From positions 1 through 43,987 of the forward strand of contig WTCA01000012.1 of assembly GCA_013138805.1 (NCBI GenBank): DNA of 43,987 bases, read 5' to 3'. The stretch is from an archaeon. GTDB lineage: Archaea > EX4484-52 > GLR71. Positions within the stretch are counted from its first letter, which is position 1, and the number at the start of each line of letters is the position of its first letter. Both the position numbers and the translations under genes were made by a program. This document shows positions 19,345 to 29,093 of the stretch, in pieces. Below the pieces are notes generated by a model. It searched no databases. It saw nothing but the letters and a program-made list of their open reading frames with translations, and was not told the DNA's origin.

Positions 19345-20088
19345 TCACTTATTCTTCCCTCTAAAAGACTCAAGAATCTCAAGAGGAAGTGCAAGCACAA
19401 TAGTATTGTTCTGGTCAGAAGCTATGTCATTCAATGTCTGTAATGTCCGAAGATGAAGAGCACCCTTGTTGCCGGCGAGAGTTTTTGCAGCTTTGGAAAG
19501 GTTTACAGACGCGATAGTTTCACCTTCAGCCTTTATTATCACAGCCCTTTTTTCTCTTTCAGCCTCAGCCTCCTTTGCGATAACCCTTTTCATGTCTGAC
19601 GGAAGAAGTATATCTTTCAGCTCAACGCTGTTGACTTTTATACCCCATGGGTCTGATGCCTTGTCAACAAGCTCTTTTATTCTTAAAGAGACGCTCTCCC
19701 TCTCTGAGAGAAGCCTGTCAAGCGTTGTCTCTCCGACAATATCTCTCATTGTAGTCTGCGCAAGCTGGCTTACGGCGAACTTGAAATCCTCAACCTCAAT
19801 TATCGCATTTTTAGCATCGCTGATCTTATAGTACAATACAGCATTCACATTCACAGACACATTGTCTTTTGTCATCGCATCCTGGCTGGGCACATCAACA
19901 GCTTTGACACGGAGATCCACCTTCTGCATCGTATCAATCACAGGGATTATGTACCTGAGTCCGGGATTGACAACACCGGAATAGTTTCCGAGCCTGAACC
20001 TTACACCGCGCTCATACTCGTTCATCACCTTAAGACCTGTCAAAGCGAACAGGATGAAAGGCACAAGAATATATGTGGCAATTTCCAT
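19345..20088 (-). CDS. SPFH/band 7 (stomatin-like) protein
   Basis: EYERGVRFRLG, TKDNVSV, LAQTTMRD, AEAEREKRA and LRTLQTL. Confidence 0.95.
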   Translation of the reverse strand: MEIATYILVPFILFALTGLKVMNEYERGVRFRLGNYSGVVNPGLRYIIPVIDTMQKVDLRVKAVDVPSQDAMTKDNVSVNVNAVLYYKISDAKNAIIEVEDFKFAVSQLAQTTMRDIVGETTLDRLLSERESVSLRIKELVDKASDPWGIKVNSVELKDILLPSDMKRVIAKEAEAEREKRAVIIKAEGETIASVNLSKAAKTLAGNKGALHLRTLQTLNDIASDQNNTIVLALPLEILESFRGKNK

Positions 20089-20240
20089 AATATCACTTAT
20101 ATTATATTTGGCGCCTCATTTATTTATAATTTAAAGATAAAACAAAAATAAAACTTGAATCACAGAATTTTGCCTGAATTTATAAGGTTTTTGCATCAAA
20201 CAATAGAAAACTATATAAACTCCAAAATACAATATATTAA

Positions 20241-20340
20241 AGTCCTAACTAAATATACCCCTTTACTATAATGAATTATTAGGACTGATACCCTGGATTA
20301 GGTGGGGGGAATGCGAAAGCTTCCACCCAACCATCTTCTT
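20241..20340 (+). ncRNA. Candidate structured small RNA (unassigned)
   Basis: TATA-like TATATAAA at 20212-20219; AGTCCTAA/TTAGGACT stem; GC-rich hairpin with GC-GAAA-GC tetraloop; pyrimidine-rich end; AT-rich surroundings. Confidence 0.3.
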
Positions 20341-20492
20341 TATGTAAATACTAAAGCACACCAAAAATAATAGCAAAATATATAAAGACTCTTTTTTTAT
20401 TATATGAAAGATAAAAAGAAAAAAGTTTATTGTTTTTCTTGAAAAAAAGATATATATTGAACACACCTAATATTATAATCATCGGTGATTGA

Positions 20493-21188
20493 ATGGATAT
20501 GATGCCAGAGCATATGGGTTATGACAGGACTATTGTTGTCTTTTCACCTGACGGACGCCTGTTCCAGGTAGAGTACGCAAGAGAGGCAGTCAAGAAAGGT
20601 GCAACAGCATTAGGCCTGGTCTTCAGAGACGGGATAGTTCTATGCGCCCAGAAAAGAGTCTCAAAGCTTGTAAAGTTTGCAGATAAGATATTCCAGATAG
20701 ATGATTATATAGGGCTTGTAGCAACAGGCATTGTAGCCGATGCAAGAGTGATGGTTGATGTATCAAGAGTCAAGGCACAGCAGCACAATATGGTATACGA
20801 CGAGAACATATCAACAGCAAGCATATCAAAATTTCTCGCAGACAGGCAGCAGCTTTACACACAGCACGCAGGTGTCAGGCCATACGGTGTATCTATGCTC
20901 ATAGGCGGCTTCAACAAGAAAGCAGAGCTATACGAGACAGACCCCAGCGGAATACTCACAGAATGCCTTGCAAAATCAGTAGGACGAAAAGCAGACAAGA
21001 TAAACAAATATTTTGAAGACAACTACAAAGAAAACATGGATGAGAAACAGGCATTGCAGTTTTCAATAGACAGCCTGAAAAAACAGGGAAAAATAGATCC
21101 GGAAGGCATAAACATGGTTGTCATAAAAAAAGGAAAATATGAAAAATACGATGCAGACAAGTTGAAGAAGCAGGGAATAAAATTATGA
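20493..21188 (+). CDS. psmA: Proteasome alpha subunit
   Basis: GYDRTIVVFSPDGRLFQVEYAREAVKKG, RPYGVS and LYETDPSG. Confidence 0.97.
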   Translation: MDMMPEHMGYDRTIVVFSPDGRLFQVEYAREAVKKGATALGLVFRDGIVLCAQKRVSKLVKFADKIFQIDDYIGLVATGIVADARVMVDVSRVKAQQHNMVYDENISTASISKFLADRQQLYTQHAGVRPYGVSMLIGGFNKKAELYETDPSGILTECLAKSVGRKADKINKYFEDNYKENMDEKQALQFSIDSLKKQGKIDPEGINMVVIKKGKYEKYDADKLKKQGIKL

Positions 21189-21916
21189 GCACAGAACATG
21201 TTATCGCAAGACTGACATCCCACAACAAAGAGTTTGAGATAATAGTAAATGCGGTGAAAGCCCGTGATTACAAGAGCGGAATAATATCAGACATCAGCGA
21301 TATTCTTGTTGTTGACGGCATATTCAGAAACTTAAGGAAAGTAAAAAGCCTTGACAAAGGCGTGCTTTTCAAAGACAACAAGACTGTCATGCGTATAGAA
21401 AACAAAGAGCTCAAGGAAATCTTCGACACAACAGAACTTATCCAGATAACGAAAAAAATAATAGATGACGGCGAAATCCAGTACACTACAGAACAGAGAA
21501 AAGAGTTCCTTGAACGCAAGGAAAAAGCTGTTATAAACCTTATAGCAGGCCAGAGCATAGACCCAAGGACAAACGCGCCGCATACACCTGCAAGGGTTGA
21601 AGCTGCAATAAGACAGGCTAAGATCCATATAGACATGTACAAGTCGGCAGAGGCCCAGGTCCAGAACATAATAAAAGAAATTGCAGCAATTATGCCGATA
21701 AAGCTTGAATTCAAAGAAATCCAGATCAAGGTTCCTATACGTTACGCAGGACAGCTAAAAAAAATCATGATTGACTTCGGACAGATAAAGAAAGATAATT
21801 GGATAGGTACTGATTATATCGCAATGATAACTATCGGTGCAGGTCTTACAGATTCTTTTATGGGAAAGGTCAACAGCCTGACACACGGAGAAGCAATATG
21901 CAAGATAACGAACTAA
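21185..21916 (+). CDS. Ribosome maturation factor SBDS/Sdo1
   Basis: IARL.....FEI.V, GEIQYTTEQRK and IDPRT.APH...R.E.A; follows psmA. Confidence 0.93.
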   Translation: MSTEHVIARLTSHNKEFEIIVNAVKARDYKSGIISDISDILVVDGIFRNLRKVKSLDKGVLFKDNKTVMRIENKELKEIFDTTELIQITKKIIDDGEIQYTTEQRKEFLERKEKAVINLIAGQSIDPRTNAPHTPARVEAAIRQAKIHIDMYKSAEAQVQNIIKEIAAIMPIKLEFKEIQIKVPIRYAGQLKKIMIDFGQIKKDNWIGTDYIAMITIGAGLTDSFMGKVNSLTHGEAICKITN

Positions 21917-21986
21917 AAGTTTTGTATAGATAAAACTAAAAACAAACATAAAATAACAAAAAAAGATTATATTTGAGGTGAAAAAG

Positions 21987-22772
21987 ATGACTTCGGTAAA
22001 GATAATATCAAAAGACAGCAAAGATAAGATAAAGACAGAAGAAAAAGTAGTGACAGCCAAAGTTGAAGTGAAGAAGGATGAAACAAACAACAAGATAGTC
22101 CTTCCTGGAGACGTGCTTGTAGAAAGCATAGACTTCCTCGCAGGCTATGGCACATACAGAGAAGGCAAGAAGATATATTCAAAAGTTCTTGGCATTCTGA
22201 GGAAACAGGAACATGCCATAAGCGTAATACCATTCTCAGGACTTTATATGCCAAAAGCAGGCGATTTCATAATAGGTGAAGTAGTCTATATCGGTTATTC
22301 CAACTGGAAAGTCGATTTCGGCTGCCCTTATGACGCCACCCTTCCCATGTCAGGCATACCGGAATTCATAGAGAACGGTGCAGACCTTACAAGATATTAC
22401 AAAAGAGGGGATCTGATATTCGCCTTGGTTGATTCTGCTACAAAAGGCATGATTATCCAGCTCAGCCTGAAAGACAGGAGAACCAGAAAGCTTTTCGGCG
22501 GCAAAGTAATAAAGGTGCCTAGCCAGAAAGTTCCTAGAATAATAGGAAAAAGCGGCACAATGATATCACAGATAAAAGACAAGACAGGATGCATAATAAA
22601 TGTAGGCCAGAACGGCTGGATATGGATAAAAGGCGACAATGAGGCACTTGCTACAGAAGCTATACAGATGATAAATAAGATGTCCCACAAGAGCGGGCTG
22701 ACAGATACAATCGCAAAATTCCTTAACAAAGGGGCCGGAAAAAATATCGCAGAGGATAAAAAAAATGAATAG
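21987..22772 (+). CDS. rrp4: Exosome RNA-binding subunit Rrp4
   Basis: IVLPGD, YMPK.GD.IIG (S1), KVPRIIGKSG.MI (KH) and VGQNGWIW; GAGGTGA SD before ATG at 21987. Confidence 0.95.
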   Translation: MTSVKIISKDSKDKIKTEEKVVTAKVEVKKDETNNKIVLPGDVLVESIDFLAGYGTYREGKKIYSKVLGILRKQEHAISVIPFSGLYMPKAGDFIIGEVVYIGYSNWKVDFGCPYDATLPMSGIPEFIENGADLTRYYKRGDLIFALVDSATKGMIIQLSLKDRRTRKLFGGKVIKVPSQKVPRIIGKSGTMISQIKDKTGCIINVGQNGWIWIKGDNEALATEAIQMINKMSHKSGLTDTIAKFLNKGAGKNIAEDKKNE

Positions 22773-22781
22773 AAGGTGATC

Positions 22782-23507
22782 ATGATGGCATCAAATGTAC
22801 CAAAAAAATATGAAAAGCTTATAGTCAATGGCAAAAGGCTTGACGGAAGAAAGCTTGACGAGTTAAGGCCAACAAAGATAGAGGTCGGAATAATACCGTC
22901 AGCAGATGGTTCAGCATACGTCGAGGTAGGAAAAACAAAAGTGATGGCTGCAGTCCATGGTCCTAAAGAGATGTTTCCAAGACATATGATGAATGAAGAC
23001 AGAGCTGTGCTTAATGTAAGATATGCTATGCTACCTTTCTCTACATCAGACAGGATACGTCCTGGTCCGAGCAGAAGAAGCAATGAGATATCCAAAGTAG
23101 CAAGACATGCACTTGAATCTGTAATATTCCTTGAAGAATATCCGACAATGGGTATAGACCTGACTCTTGACGTCATCCAGGCAGACGCAGGGACAAGAGC
23201 AACTGCAATAACAGCAGGAGCTGTAGCTCTCGCACATGCAGGGATACCTATGAAAGGTCTTGTCGCAGCTACAGCGATGGGAAAGATAGACGGCAAACTG
23301 GCAGTAGACCTTAACGGTCCTGAAGACAACTTCGGAGACACAGACATGCCTTTCGCTATGGTGTCCACAAACAAGGACATAACATTGCTGCAGATGGACG
23401 GCGATTTCACACCTGATGAATTCAAAAAAGCTCTGTCCATGGCAAAAAAAGCTATAGAGCCTATATTTGAAGAGCAGAGAAAAGCGCTGCTCAGATATCA
23501 CGAATGA
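22782..23507 (+). CDS. rrp41: Exosome exonuclease Rrp41
   Basis: RLDGRK.DELRP, ADGSAYVE.G.TKV, PSRRS.EIS, QADAGTR and ED..GD.DMP. Confidence 0.97.
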   Translation: MMASNVPKKYEKLIVNGKRLDGRKLDELRPTKIEVGIIPSADGSAYVEVGKTKVMAAVHGPKEMFPRHMMNEDRAVLNVRYAMLPFSTSDRIRPGPSRRSNEISKVARHALESVIFLEEYPTMGIDLTLDVIQADAGTRATAITAGAVALAHAGIPMKGLVAATAMGKIDGKLAVDLNGPEDNFGDTDMPFAMVSTNKDITLLQMDGDFTPDEFKKALSMAKKAIEPIFEEQRKALLRYHE

Positions 23508-23530
23508 TACGATAAGGAGGTTAGATCAAT

Positions 23531-24334
23531 ATGAGCATGTTAAAACAGAACAGGCAATACTTAAGAGAAAAAATAATATCATCCAGAGAAGATGGAAGAT
23601 CTCACACAGAATACAGGCCGATTACAATCAAGACAGGAGTACTTGACAAGGCCGAAGGTTCTGCAAGGGTAACAATCGGAAAGAGCGATGTCCTTGTTGG
23701 TGTCAAGATGGATATAGGCACCCCATTCCCTGACAGCCCGAAAGAAGGTATCCTTATGGTAAACTCAGAATTTTCTGCAATAGCAAGCCCTGACTTCGAG
23801 AACGGCCCGCCAAGAGAAGACTCAATTGAGCTTTCAAGAGTTATTGACCGTGGCATAAGAGAATCCCACACGATTGATGTCGGAAAACTCTGCATTGAAG
23901 AAGGCGAAAAGGTCTGGATGGTATTTGCAGACATAAACATACTGAACTATGACGGAAACCTTATTGATGCGGCAGGAATAGCCACAATCGCTGCTCTCAT
24001 GACTGCAAATATACCGAAAATAGAGAAAGACGGCACAATAAACAGGGATGATGAATCTAAAAGCGCACTTCCTGTCACAGAGATACCGGTTCCTGTCAGT
24101 GCAGGACTCATAAACGGAATAATAGTTGTAGACATGACCAAAAATGAAGAGAAATGCGCCGACGCCGTAATGACTATAACCACAAAAAAAGACGGCAACT
24201 TCTGCGCAATGCAGAAAGCAGGACCTTCCGCTTTATCTGAAGAGCAGATACTGAATATTGCAGAACTGTCACAGAAGGAAAGCAAAAAGATACGGTCTAT
24301 GATAGAAAAAGCTGTCAAAGCGAACAAAAATTGA
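23531..24334 (+). CDS. rrp42: Exosome subunit Rrp42
   Basis: REDGRS..EYR, AEGSARV, ELSRVIDRGIRES and DGNLIDA. Confidence 0.96.
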   Translation: MSMLKQNRQYLREKIISSREDGRSHTEYRPITIKTGVLDKAEGSARVTIGKSDVLVGVKMDIGTPFPDSPKEGILMVNSEFSAIASPDFENGPPREDSIELSRVIDRGIRESHTIDVGKLCIEEGEKVWMVFADINILNYDGNLIDAAGIATIAALMTANIPKIEKDGTINRDDESKSALPVTEIPVPVSAGLINGIIVVDMTKNEEKCADAVMTITTKKDGNFCAMQKAGPSALSEEQILNIAELSQKESKKIRSMIEKAVKANKN

Positions 24335-24394
24335 GAATGTTGAAAAACATTTAAAAAGCTTTGTCTAAAAAGATAGAAAGGATGTTGTTTCAGT

Positions 24395-24655
24395 ATGGCT
24401 ACAAAAAAAGTAAAATCAGCAGGCAGATATGGTATAAGATACGGGAAAAAGATAAGGGACAAGACTGCGGCTGTTGAATCAAATTCAAGAGCTGTGCACA
24501 AATGCCCGTCCTGCCTTAAGAAAGGTCTGAAAAGACAGGCAGCAGGGATATGGCAGTGCAGGATATGTAACCTTAAGCTTGCGGGCGGAGCATACAGCCC
24601 AAAGACTTCGGCAACAAAGATTATAGAGAATGCGCTTGCAAAAAAACAGGATTAA
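24395..24655 (+). CDS. rpl37ae: 50S ribosomal protein L37ae
   Basis: TKKV.SAGRYG.RYG, CPSC and GIWQC..C...AGGAY.P. Confidence 0.96.
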   Translation: MATKKVKSAGRYGIRYGKKIRDKTAAVESNSRAVHKCPSCLKKGLKRQAAGIWQCRICNLKLAGGAYSPKTSATKIIENALAKKQD

Positions 24656-24672
24656 GATTATAGGTGTATGAT

Positions 24673-24807
24673 ATGTATATATGCTTGACATGCAAAAAAG
24701 GATCAGATATAAAAGACATAAACGTGACGGCCATATGCAAGTATTGCTCAGGCAGGGTATTTGTCAAGGAAAGGGCAAAGATTAAAAGGACACATATCGC
24801 AAGATAA
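24673..24807 (+). CDS. rpoP: RNA polymerase subunit Rpo12/RpoP (44 aa, below ORF-track cutoff)
   Basis: Manual translation MYICLTCKK...ICKYCSGRVFVKER...IAR; canonical position after rpl37ae. Confidence 0.9.
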   Translation: MYICLTCKKGSDIKDINVTAICKYCSGRVFVKERAKIKRTHIAR

Positions 24808-24833
24808 GCCAAAAACAAGAGCATGATGTCTAT

Positions 24834-25082
24834 ATGGTTTACCATGCCTCATTGACACTTGAAAGCCCGAAGACAGGCATAATATTGTCTGCCATAGAAA
24901 AGACAGGCATACCAGACAGAAAACGCATAAGCATAAAAACAGAAAAGGCAGGAAACAGTCTAAAGGTCATGATAGAAGCGAAAGACCCGGTCGCCTTGCG
25001 CGCAGGCCTCAACAGTTTCATGAACCTCTATAATCTTTCAGATAATATTATAAAAGGTATTGTATATGGCAGAAAAAGATAA
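24834..25082 (+). CDS. pcc1: KEOPS complex subunit Pcc1
   Basis: IEAKDPVALRAGLNSFM motif; superoperon position. Confidence 0.88.
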   Translation: MVYHASLTLESPKTGIILSAIEKTGIPDRKRISIKTEKAGNSLKVMIEAKDPVALRAGLNSFMNLYNLSDNIIKGIVYGRKR

Positions 25083-25377
25083 TGGCGTAAATCCTATGGA
25101 AACTCAGATGCTCCAGCAGCAGATGCAGACAATCATGATACAGAAGGAGAACACAAGAGTACAGCTTCTTGAGATAGACAATGCGCTCAAAGAAGTCAAA
25201 ACGACAGAAGGCGATGTATACAAGACATCAGGTATACTTTTTATAAAATCTAACAGGGAAAAAATCACAAAAGAGCTTGAAGAGAAAAAGAACGATCTTG
25301 ATATGCGCATGAGCTCTCTTGACAAAAGAGAAGAGATGTTAAAAAAACAAATCATGAGCCCGGGAAAAGATTCTTGA
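25066..25377 (+). CDS. pfdB: Prefoldin beta subunit
   Basis: Coiled coil, VYK..G.LFIK beta-hairpin, second coiled coil; superoperon position. Confidence 0.9.
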   Translation: MAEKDNGVNPMETQMLQQQMQTIMIQKENTRVQLLEIDNALKEVKTTEGDVYKTSGILFIKSNREKITKELEEKKNDLDMRMSSLDKREEMLKKQIMSPGKDS

Positions 25378-25443
25378 GTCTTATCTGTTCTCAATTCTAA
25401 GAGAAACGTTAGCTTTATAATTCTTATTATCTAAAATTAGATT

Positions 25444-26670
25444 ATGCTGGAAAACATAATAGGTTCCAAAAGCAAGATATCAATTCTGAGAATTCTTTTC
25501 AGATGCGGCACAAAAGGCATTACAATACGCCAGCTCGCAATGAGATCAACTACTCCTTATTCTGTTGCTTACAGGGATATCGAGCTTCTTGAAACAGAAG
25601 GCTTCATAAAAGTCAGAAAAAAGGGCAGGAACAATATCGTAATGCTGAATGCAGATCATGAAAAATATAGAAAAGTATCCCAACTGTTTTCATCTGACGA
25701 AAAAGAGGTCAACAGGCCCAAAAAGATGTTCAGGAACGATGAAGCCCTTATAATCATACATCATAATGCGGATCCTGACGCTGTAGGAAGCGCAATAGCC
25801 ATAGCGCGCGGTTTCAGTCAGAGCAACATGAAATGCGACATCTTTGCGCCAGGAGGTCTGAGTGCCCAGAGCAAAAGGCTTCTTGCGAAATATCCATACC
25901 CTATTCTTGAAAAGATTGAAAAGTATCCATCGCTTGTCTTCATCCTTGACACATCATCCCCCGAACAGATTAATAATATAGTGATACCTCAAAGCTGCAA
26001 GAAGATACTGATTGATCATCACACACCGGGAAAGCTTTCAGATATCGCCGACATGAAGATAATAGATCCTTCTGCCCACTCAACAGCAGTTCTTGTCTAT
26101 GACCTCCTCATCTCCGCTGGTATAACGATAACCGCAGAGATAGCTTTCTTTCTTATGGCAGCGATTGTCGCAGACACAGGCTTTTTCCGCCTTGTTGATA
26201 AAAGAGACATCAATGTGATAAAAGAGTTGATTGAATATGTAGATATGGACAATATCTTTGCAGCCCTCTCAACACAGGTAAACTATGATGAAAAGATGGC
26301 ACGTATGCATTCTATGCAGTGTTCCAAAACTTACACTATTGACGGAAAGATAATTGTACTCACAGAAGCAAGCTCATTTGAGTCAAAAATAGCAAATTTT
26401 CTTATAGGATCCTTCGCAGACATAGCCATTGTTGAAAACATAAGCAAGACTGATGTGAGGATAAGCGCAAGGGCACGGAGATACCTTAACGGAAAGATTG
26501 ATCTCTCGCTGCTATTTAAAGGCATTGGAAAAGATATAGGCGGTAGCGGTGGCGGGCACAGTACTGTAGCCTCTGCGAACGGTTCAGAAACAGATAAGAT
26601 AGATATTGCAAGAGAAAAGATAAAGGTATACATTGAATCAACCTTCAGAAATAAACTGAAACAATTGTGA
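25444..26670 (+). CDS. DHH/DHHA1 phosphoesterase with fused N-terminal winged HTH
   Basis: HHNADPDAVGS, LDTS, IDHH, ADTG and GGGH motifs; first ~85 aa (LENIIGSKSKISILRIL...IRQLA...YRDIELLETEGFI) are wHTH-like. Confidence 0.88.
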   Translation: MLENIIGSKSKISILRILFRCGTKGITIRQLAMRSTTPYSVAYRDIELLETEGFIKVRKKGRNNIVMLNADHEKYRKVSQLFSSDEKEVNRPKKMFRNDEALIIIHHNADPDAVGSAIAIARGFSQSNMKCDIFAPGGLSAQSKRLLAKYPYPILEKIEKYPSLVFILDTSSPEQINNIVIPQSCKKILIDHHTPGKLSDIADMKIIDPSAHSTAVLVYDLLISAGITITAEIAFFLMAAIVADTGFFRLVDKRDINVIKELIEYVDMDNIFAALSTQVNYDEKMARMHSMQCSKTYTIDGKIIVLTEASSFESKIANFLIGSFADIAIVENISKTDVRISARARRYLNGKIDLSLLFKGIGKDIGGSGGGHSTVASANGSETDKIDIAREKIKVYIESTFRNKLKQL

Positions 26671-26758
26671 GTATCAGACCAGGGAACAGAGACAAAAAAC
26701 AAAACGTTTTTATAAATATCGCTCTAACTATATGTATATCTGTTCTTGAGATGATTAT

Positions 26759-27016
26759 ATGGATATAGACAATATCATAGCTGCATTATCTGACATACAG
26801 GAAGACAAGAGAGTGCCAAGAAATGTGAGAGCATCCCTTCAGGAGACTGTAGGAGAGCTTACGAATAACGATGAAAATATAACTGTAAAGCTCAATACAG
26901 CAATATCTATACTTGATGAAGTCAGCAATGACACGAACATACAGCCATTCACACGGACTCAAATATGGAATATAGTCAGTATGTTAGAATCACTTCAGAA
27001 TGATATTGAAACCTGA
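26759..27016 (+). CDS. UPF0147 family protein
   Basis: D..VPRNVR, AISILDEVSND.N...FTRTQIWNIVS.LE. Confidence 0.92.
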   Translation: MDIDNIIAALSDIQEDKRVPRNVRASLQETVGELTNNDENITVKLNTAISILDEVSNDTNIQPFTRTQIWNIVSMLESLQNDIET

Positions 27017-27100
27017 CAAAAGCTTTTAAATGTTGCTGAACAAAAGAGATATAACAATCCAATAGTGATTTAAACATATAACAGCGAGAGGAGAAGTATT

Positions 27101-27445
27101 ATGGGATTTTTAAGCAAGATAATTAGCGAGCCTGAAGGCGAAGAGATAAACGAGACAAATTATCTCGAAATTGATGATATAGACCCGTCCCACCAGGGAA
27201 AATTCATGATCCGTGTTGAGACCCTTTCTGAATTTTCAGACACGAGCGTGATACAGGAATATGTAAGGAACGGCGACATTGTCTGGGTAAGAATAAAGCC
27301 ACTGAAAGAGAAAGACATAACCGAACTTAAAAGGGCTGTTGACAGGCTCAGGAAGACCTGTGTAGCAATAAACGGCGATGTCGCAGGCATTGATGAAGAT
27401 TATCTTGTTCTGACACCTCCTGGCGTAAGCATACATAGAAGGTAA
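27101..27445 (+). CDS. sepF: Cell division protein SepF
   Basis: N-terminal MGFLSKII helix; VRNGDIV, ELKRAVDRLRK....NGDVAG and VLTPPGV.I.R. Confidence 0.88.
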   Translation: MGFLSKIISEPEGEEINETNYLEIDDIDPSHQGKFMIRVETLSEFSDTSVIQEYVRNGDIVWVRIKPLKEKDITELKRAVDRLRKTCVAINGDVAGIDEDYLVLTPPGVSIHRR

Positions 27446-27520
27446 ATCCTTCATTATTCTTTTCTTTTTATACTATATCTATTAGTTCTATAAAATATAT
27501 TCATCCAAAAACAACGGAAC

Positions 27521-28150
27521 CTAAACAAATGTCAGATAAAAGTCATAGATTCCGCCTGTAACATACTGGACAGCAATCGCTAAAAGTATAAGCCCCATAA
27601 GCCTTGTTATCACTTTGGTACCTGTAGTTCCCAAAAGATTAAATATTCTGTCAGAACTTCTGAATATAACATACGCCAGCATACAGGCTATAACAACAGC
27701 AAGGATTACAAAAATCTTTTGCTCGGCAGACACTGCAGACGAATAAAGAAGAATGCCTGTTGTTATGGCACCTGGACCTGTCATAAGAGGTATGGCCAAA
27801 GGTGTTATAGCCAGATTTTCCATTGTCTCCCATTCATCTTCTTCTTCAGATGTATGTTTTGTCTTCTGTTTCTGACCAAAAATCATCTGCAGGGAAATCA
27901 TTCCTAAAAGGATGCCACCGGCAATCTTGAATGAATAGAGGCTTATGTCCAGAAAGCCAAATATAGCATTCCCAAAGATTGTAAAGACAAGAAGGGATGA
28001 TGTCGCAACAACTATAGCCTTATGGATTATCCTTTTCCTGTCTTTTTTGCTATAGTCTTCAAGAAGCGACCGTATTATACCTATAGTACCTATAGGGTTG
28101 ATTATTACAAAAAGGGTAAGTACAGCATAGTAAAGAAAGCTAAGATCCAT
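27521..28150 (-). CDS. MarC family membrane protein
   Basis: LFVIINPIG, FKIAGGILL, AITPLAIPLMTGPGAIT and ITRLMGLILLAIAVQ. Confidence 0.93.
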   Translation of the reverse strand: MDLSFLYYAVLTLFVIINPIGTIGIIRSLLEDYSKKDRKRIIHKAIVVATSSLLVFTIFGNAIFGFLDISLYSFKIAGGILLGMISLQMIFGQKQKTKHTSEEEDEWETMENLAITPLAIPLMTGPGAITTGILLYSSAVSAEQKIFVILAVVIACMLAYVIFRSSDRIFNLLGTTGTKVITRLMGLILLAIAVQYVTGGIYDFYLTFV

Positions 28151-28152
28151 AA

Positions 28153-28902
28153 TCAATCCTCTACTCTTGGAGCAAGCACATAGCTCAGTTCAAGGCTGTC
28201 TTTCTTCCTAAATGTAAGCCTTGAAGGATAATCCTTGCCTATCTCTATCTTCACGACATCCGCAAGCTTTCCGCCTTTGACAATCTTCTTGAAATAATCA
28301 AGACTAAATTTAGAGGATGAAGAACCTTTTGAAGTCAGGTCAAGTATGGCTTTGTTGCCTTTCTCTATATCAAGCTGGACTTCATTAAGATCACCTTTGG
28401 ACGACATGGAAAATTTCTTCTCATCAGCAGAGAGGACAAGAGTGTCAGACACGATTGAAGCGTCTCCTATACCATCCTCAAGTATTGATGTCTGAAGGTC
28501 TACAGTGGTCGCAAAATCAAGATTCATCTCTGGTGATTCTGAATCCTCTATGTTTATGAGAGGCTGCACAAATTTCCTTGTAGACTTTCCGACAAATGTT
28601 ATCTCAAGCTTTTTCCCATCCTTATCAAGCTCTAAAGTGACCTTATCAAAAGATGACGCTCTCTTCAGCACAGAAAGCAAACTTTCCATATTAACGCTTA
28701 TTTCCTGCTCAGAATCTATTTCATACTTATCAAAATTAGTCGCGAGAAATTTGAGATTCACAAGAACAACCATTGTAGGATCTACAGCAGTCATATATAT
28801 TCCATCTTTTTTAGCCTTGAAAGATGCCTCTGTTATGAATTCAGATACGGCAGTCAAGGCATCCCTGAAAGGGGTCACATCATCAAGTACAGCTTTAAAC
28901 AT
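28153..28902 (-). CDS. pcn: DNA sliding clamp PCNA
   Basis: MFKA.L, AVDP..V.LV, KFSLDY and YVLAPRVE. Confidence 0.96.
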   Translation of the reverse strand: MFKAVLDDVTPFRDALTAVSEFITEASFKAKKDGIYMTAVDPTMVVLVNLKFLATNFDKYEIDSEQEISVNMESLLSVLKRASSFDKVTLELDKDGKKLEITFVGKSTRKFVQPLINIEDSESPEMNLDFATTVDLQTSILEDGIGDASIVSDTLVLSADEKKFSMSSKGDLNEVQLDIEKGNKAILDLTSKGSSSSKFSLDYFKKIVKGGKLADVVKIEIGKDYPSRLTFRKKDSLELSYVLAPRVED

Positions 28903-29093
28903 TTAAATAAACCTCCAAAAATTACGATTGCAATTGCAATTCTCTATTATTTTTGCCCGAACATTTATTAATCTTTAACATCATGCTTCTGAAAAGACTA
29001 CATAATTAAGATTAATATACAGAATAATCATATAAAAGCTAAAAATTCAGGAACAAAAAAATAAGAAGAAAAAAATCAGCTAGGATTTATATA

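Noticed and set aside
19200-19345. Replication origin (GGAAA...AAGGGGGT string plus AT-rich tract)
   Set aside because: Single poorly spaced ORB-like match, no repeats and no cdc6/orc1 gene nearby
19345-20088. Stomatin as part of the ESCRT-like system
   Set aside because: It lies 10 kb away with no operon link and is a common stand-alone gene
20280-20335. Hammerhead ribozyme, SECIS or fluoride riboswitch
   Set aside because: CTGATAC is not CUGANGA, and the SECIS and fluoride consensus elements are not met; kept only as an unassigned RNA candidate
22397-23501. Long antisense ORFs (e.g. 347 aa opposite rrp4/rrp41; also 17264-17950 and 6161-6790)
   Set aside because: Shadow frames of well-supported genes, with S/F/L/I-rich composition and no motifs
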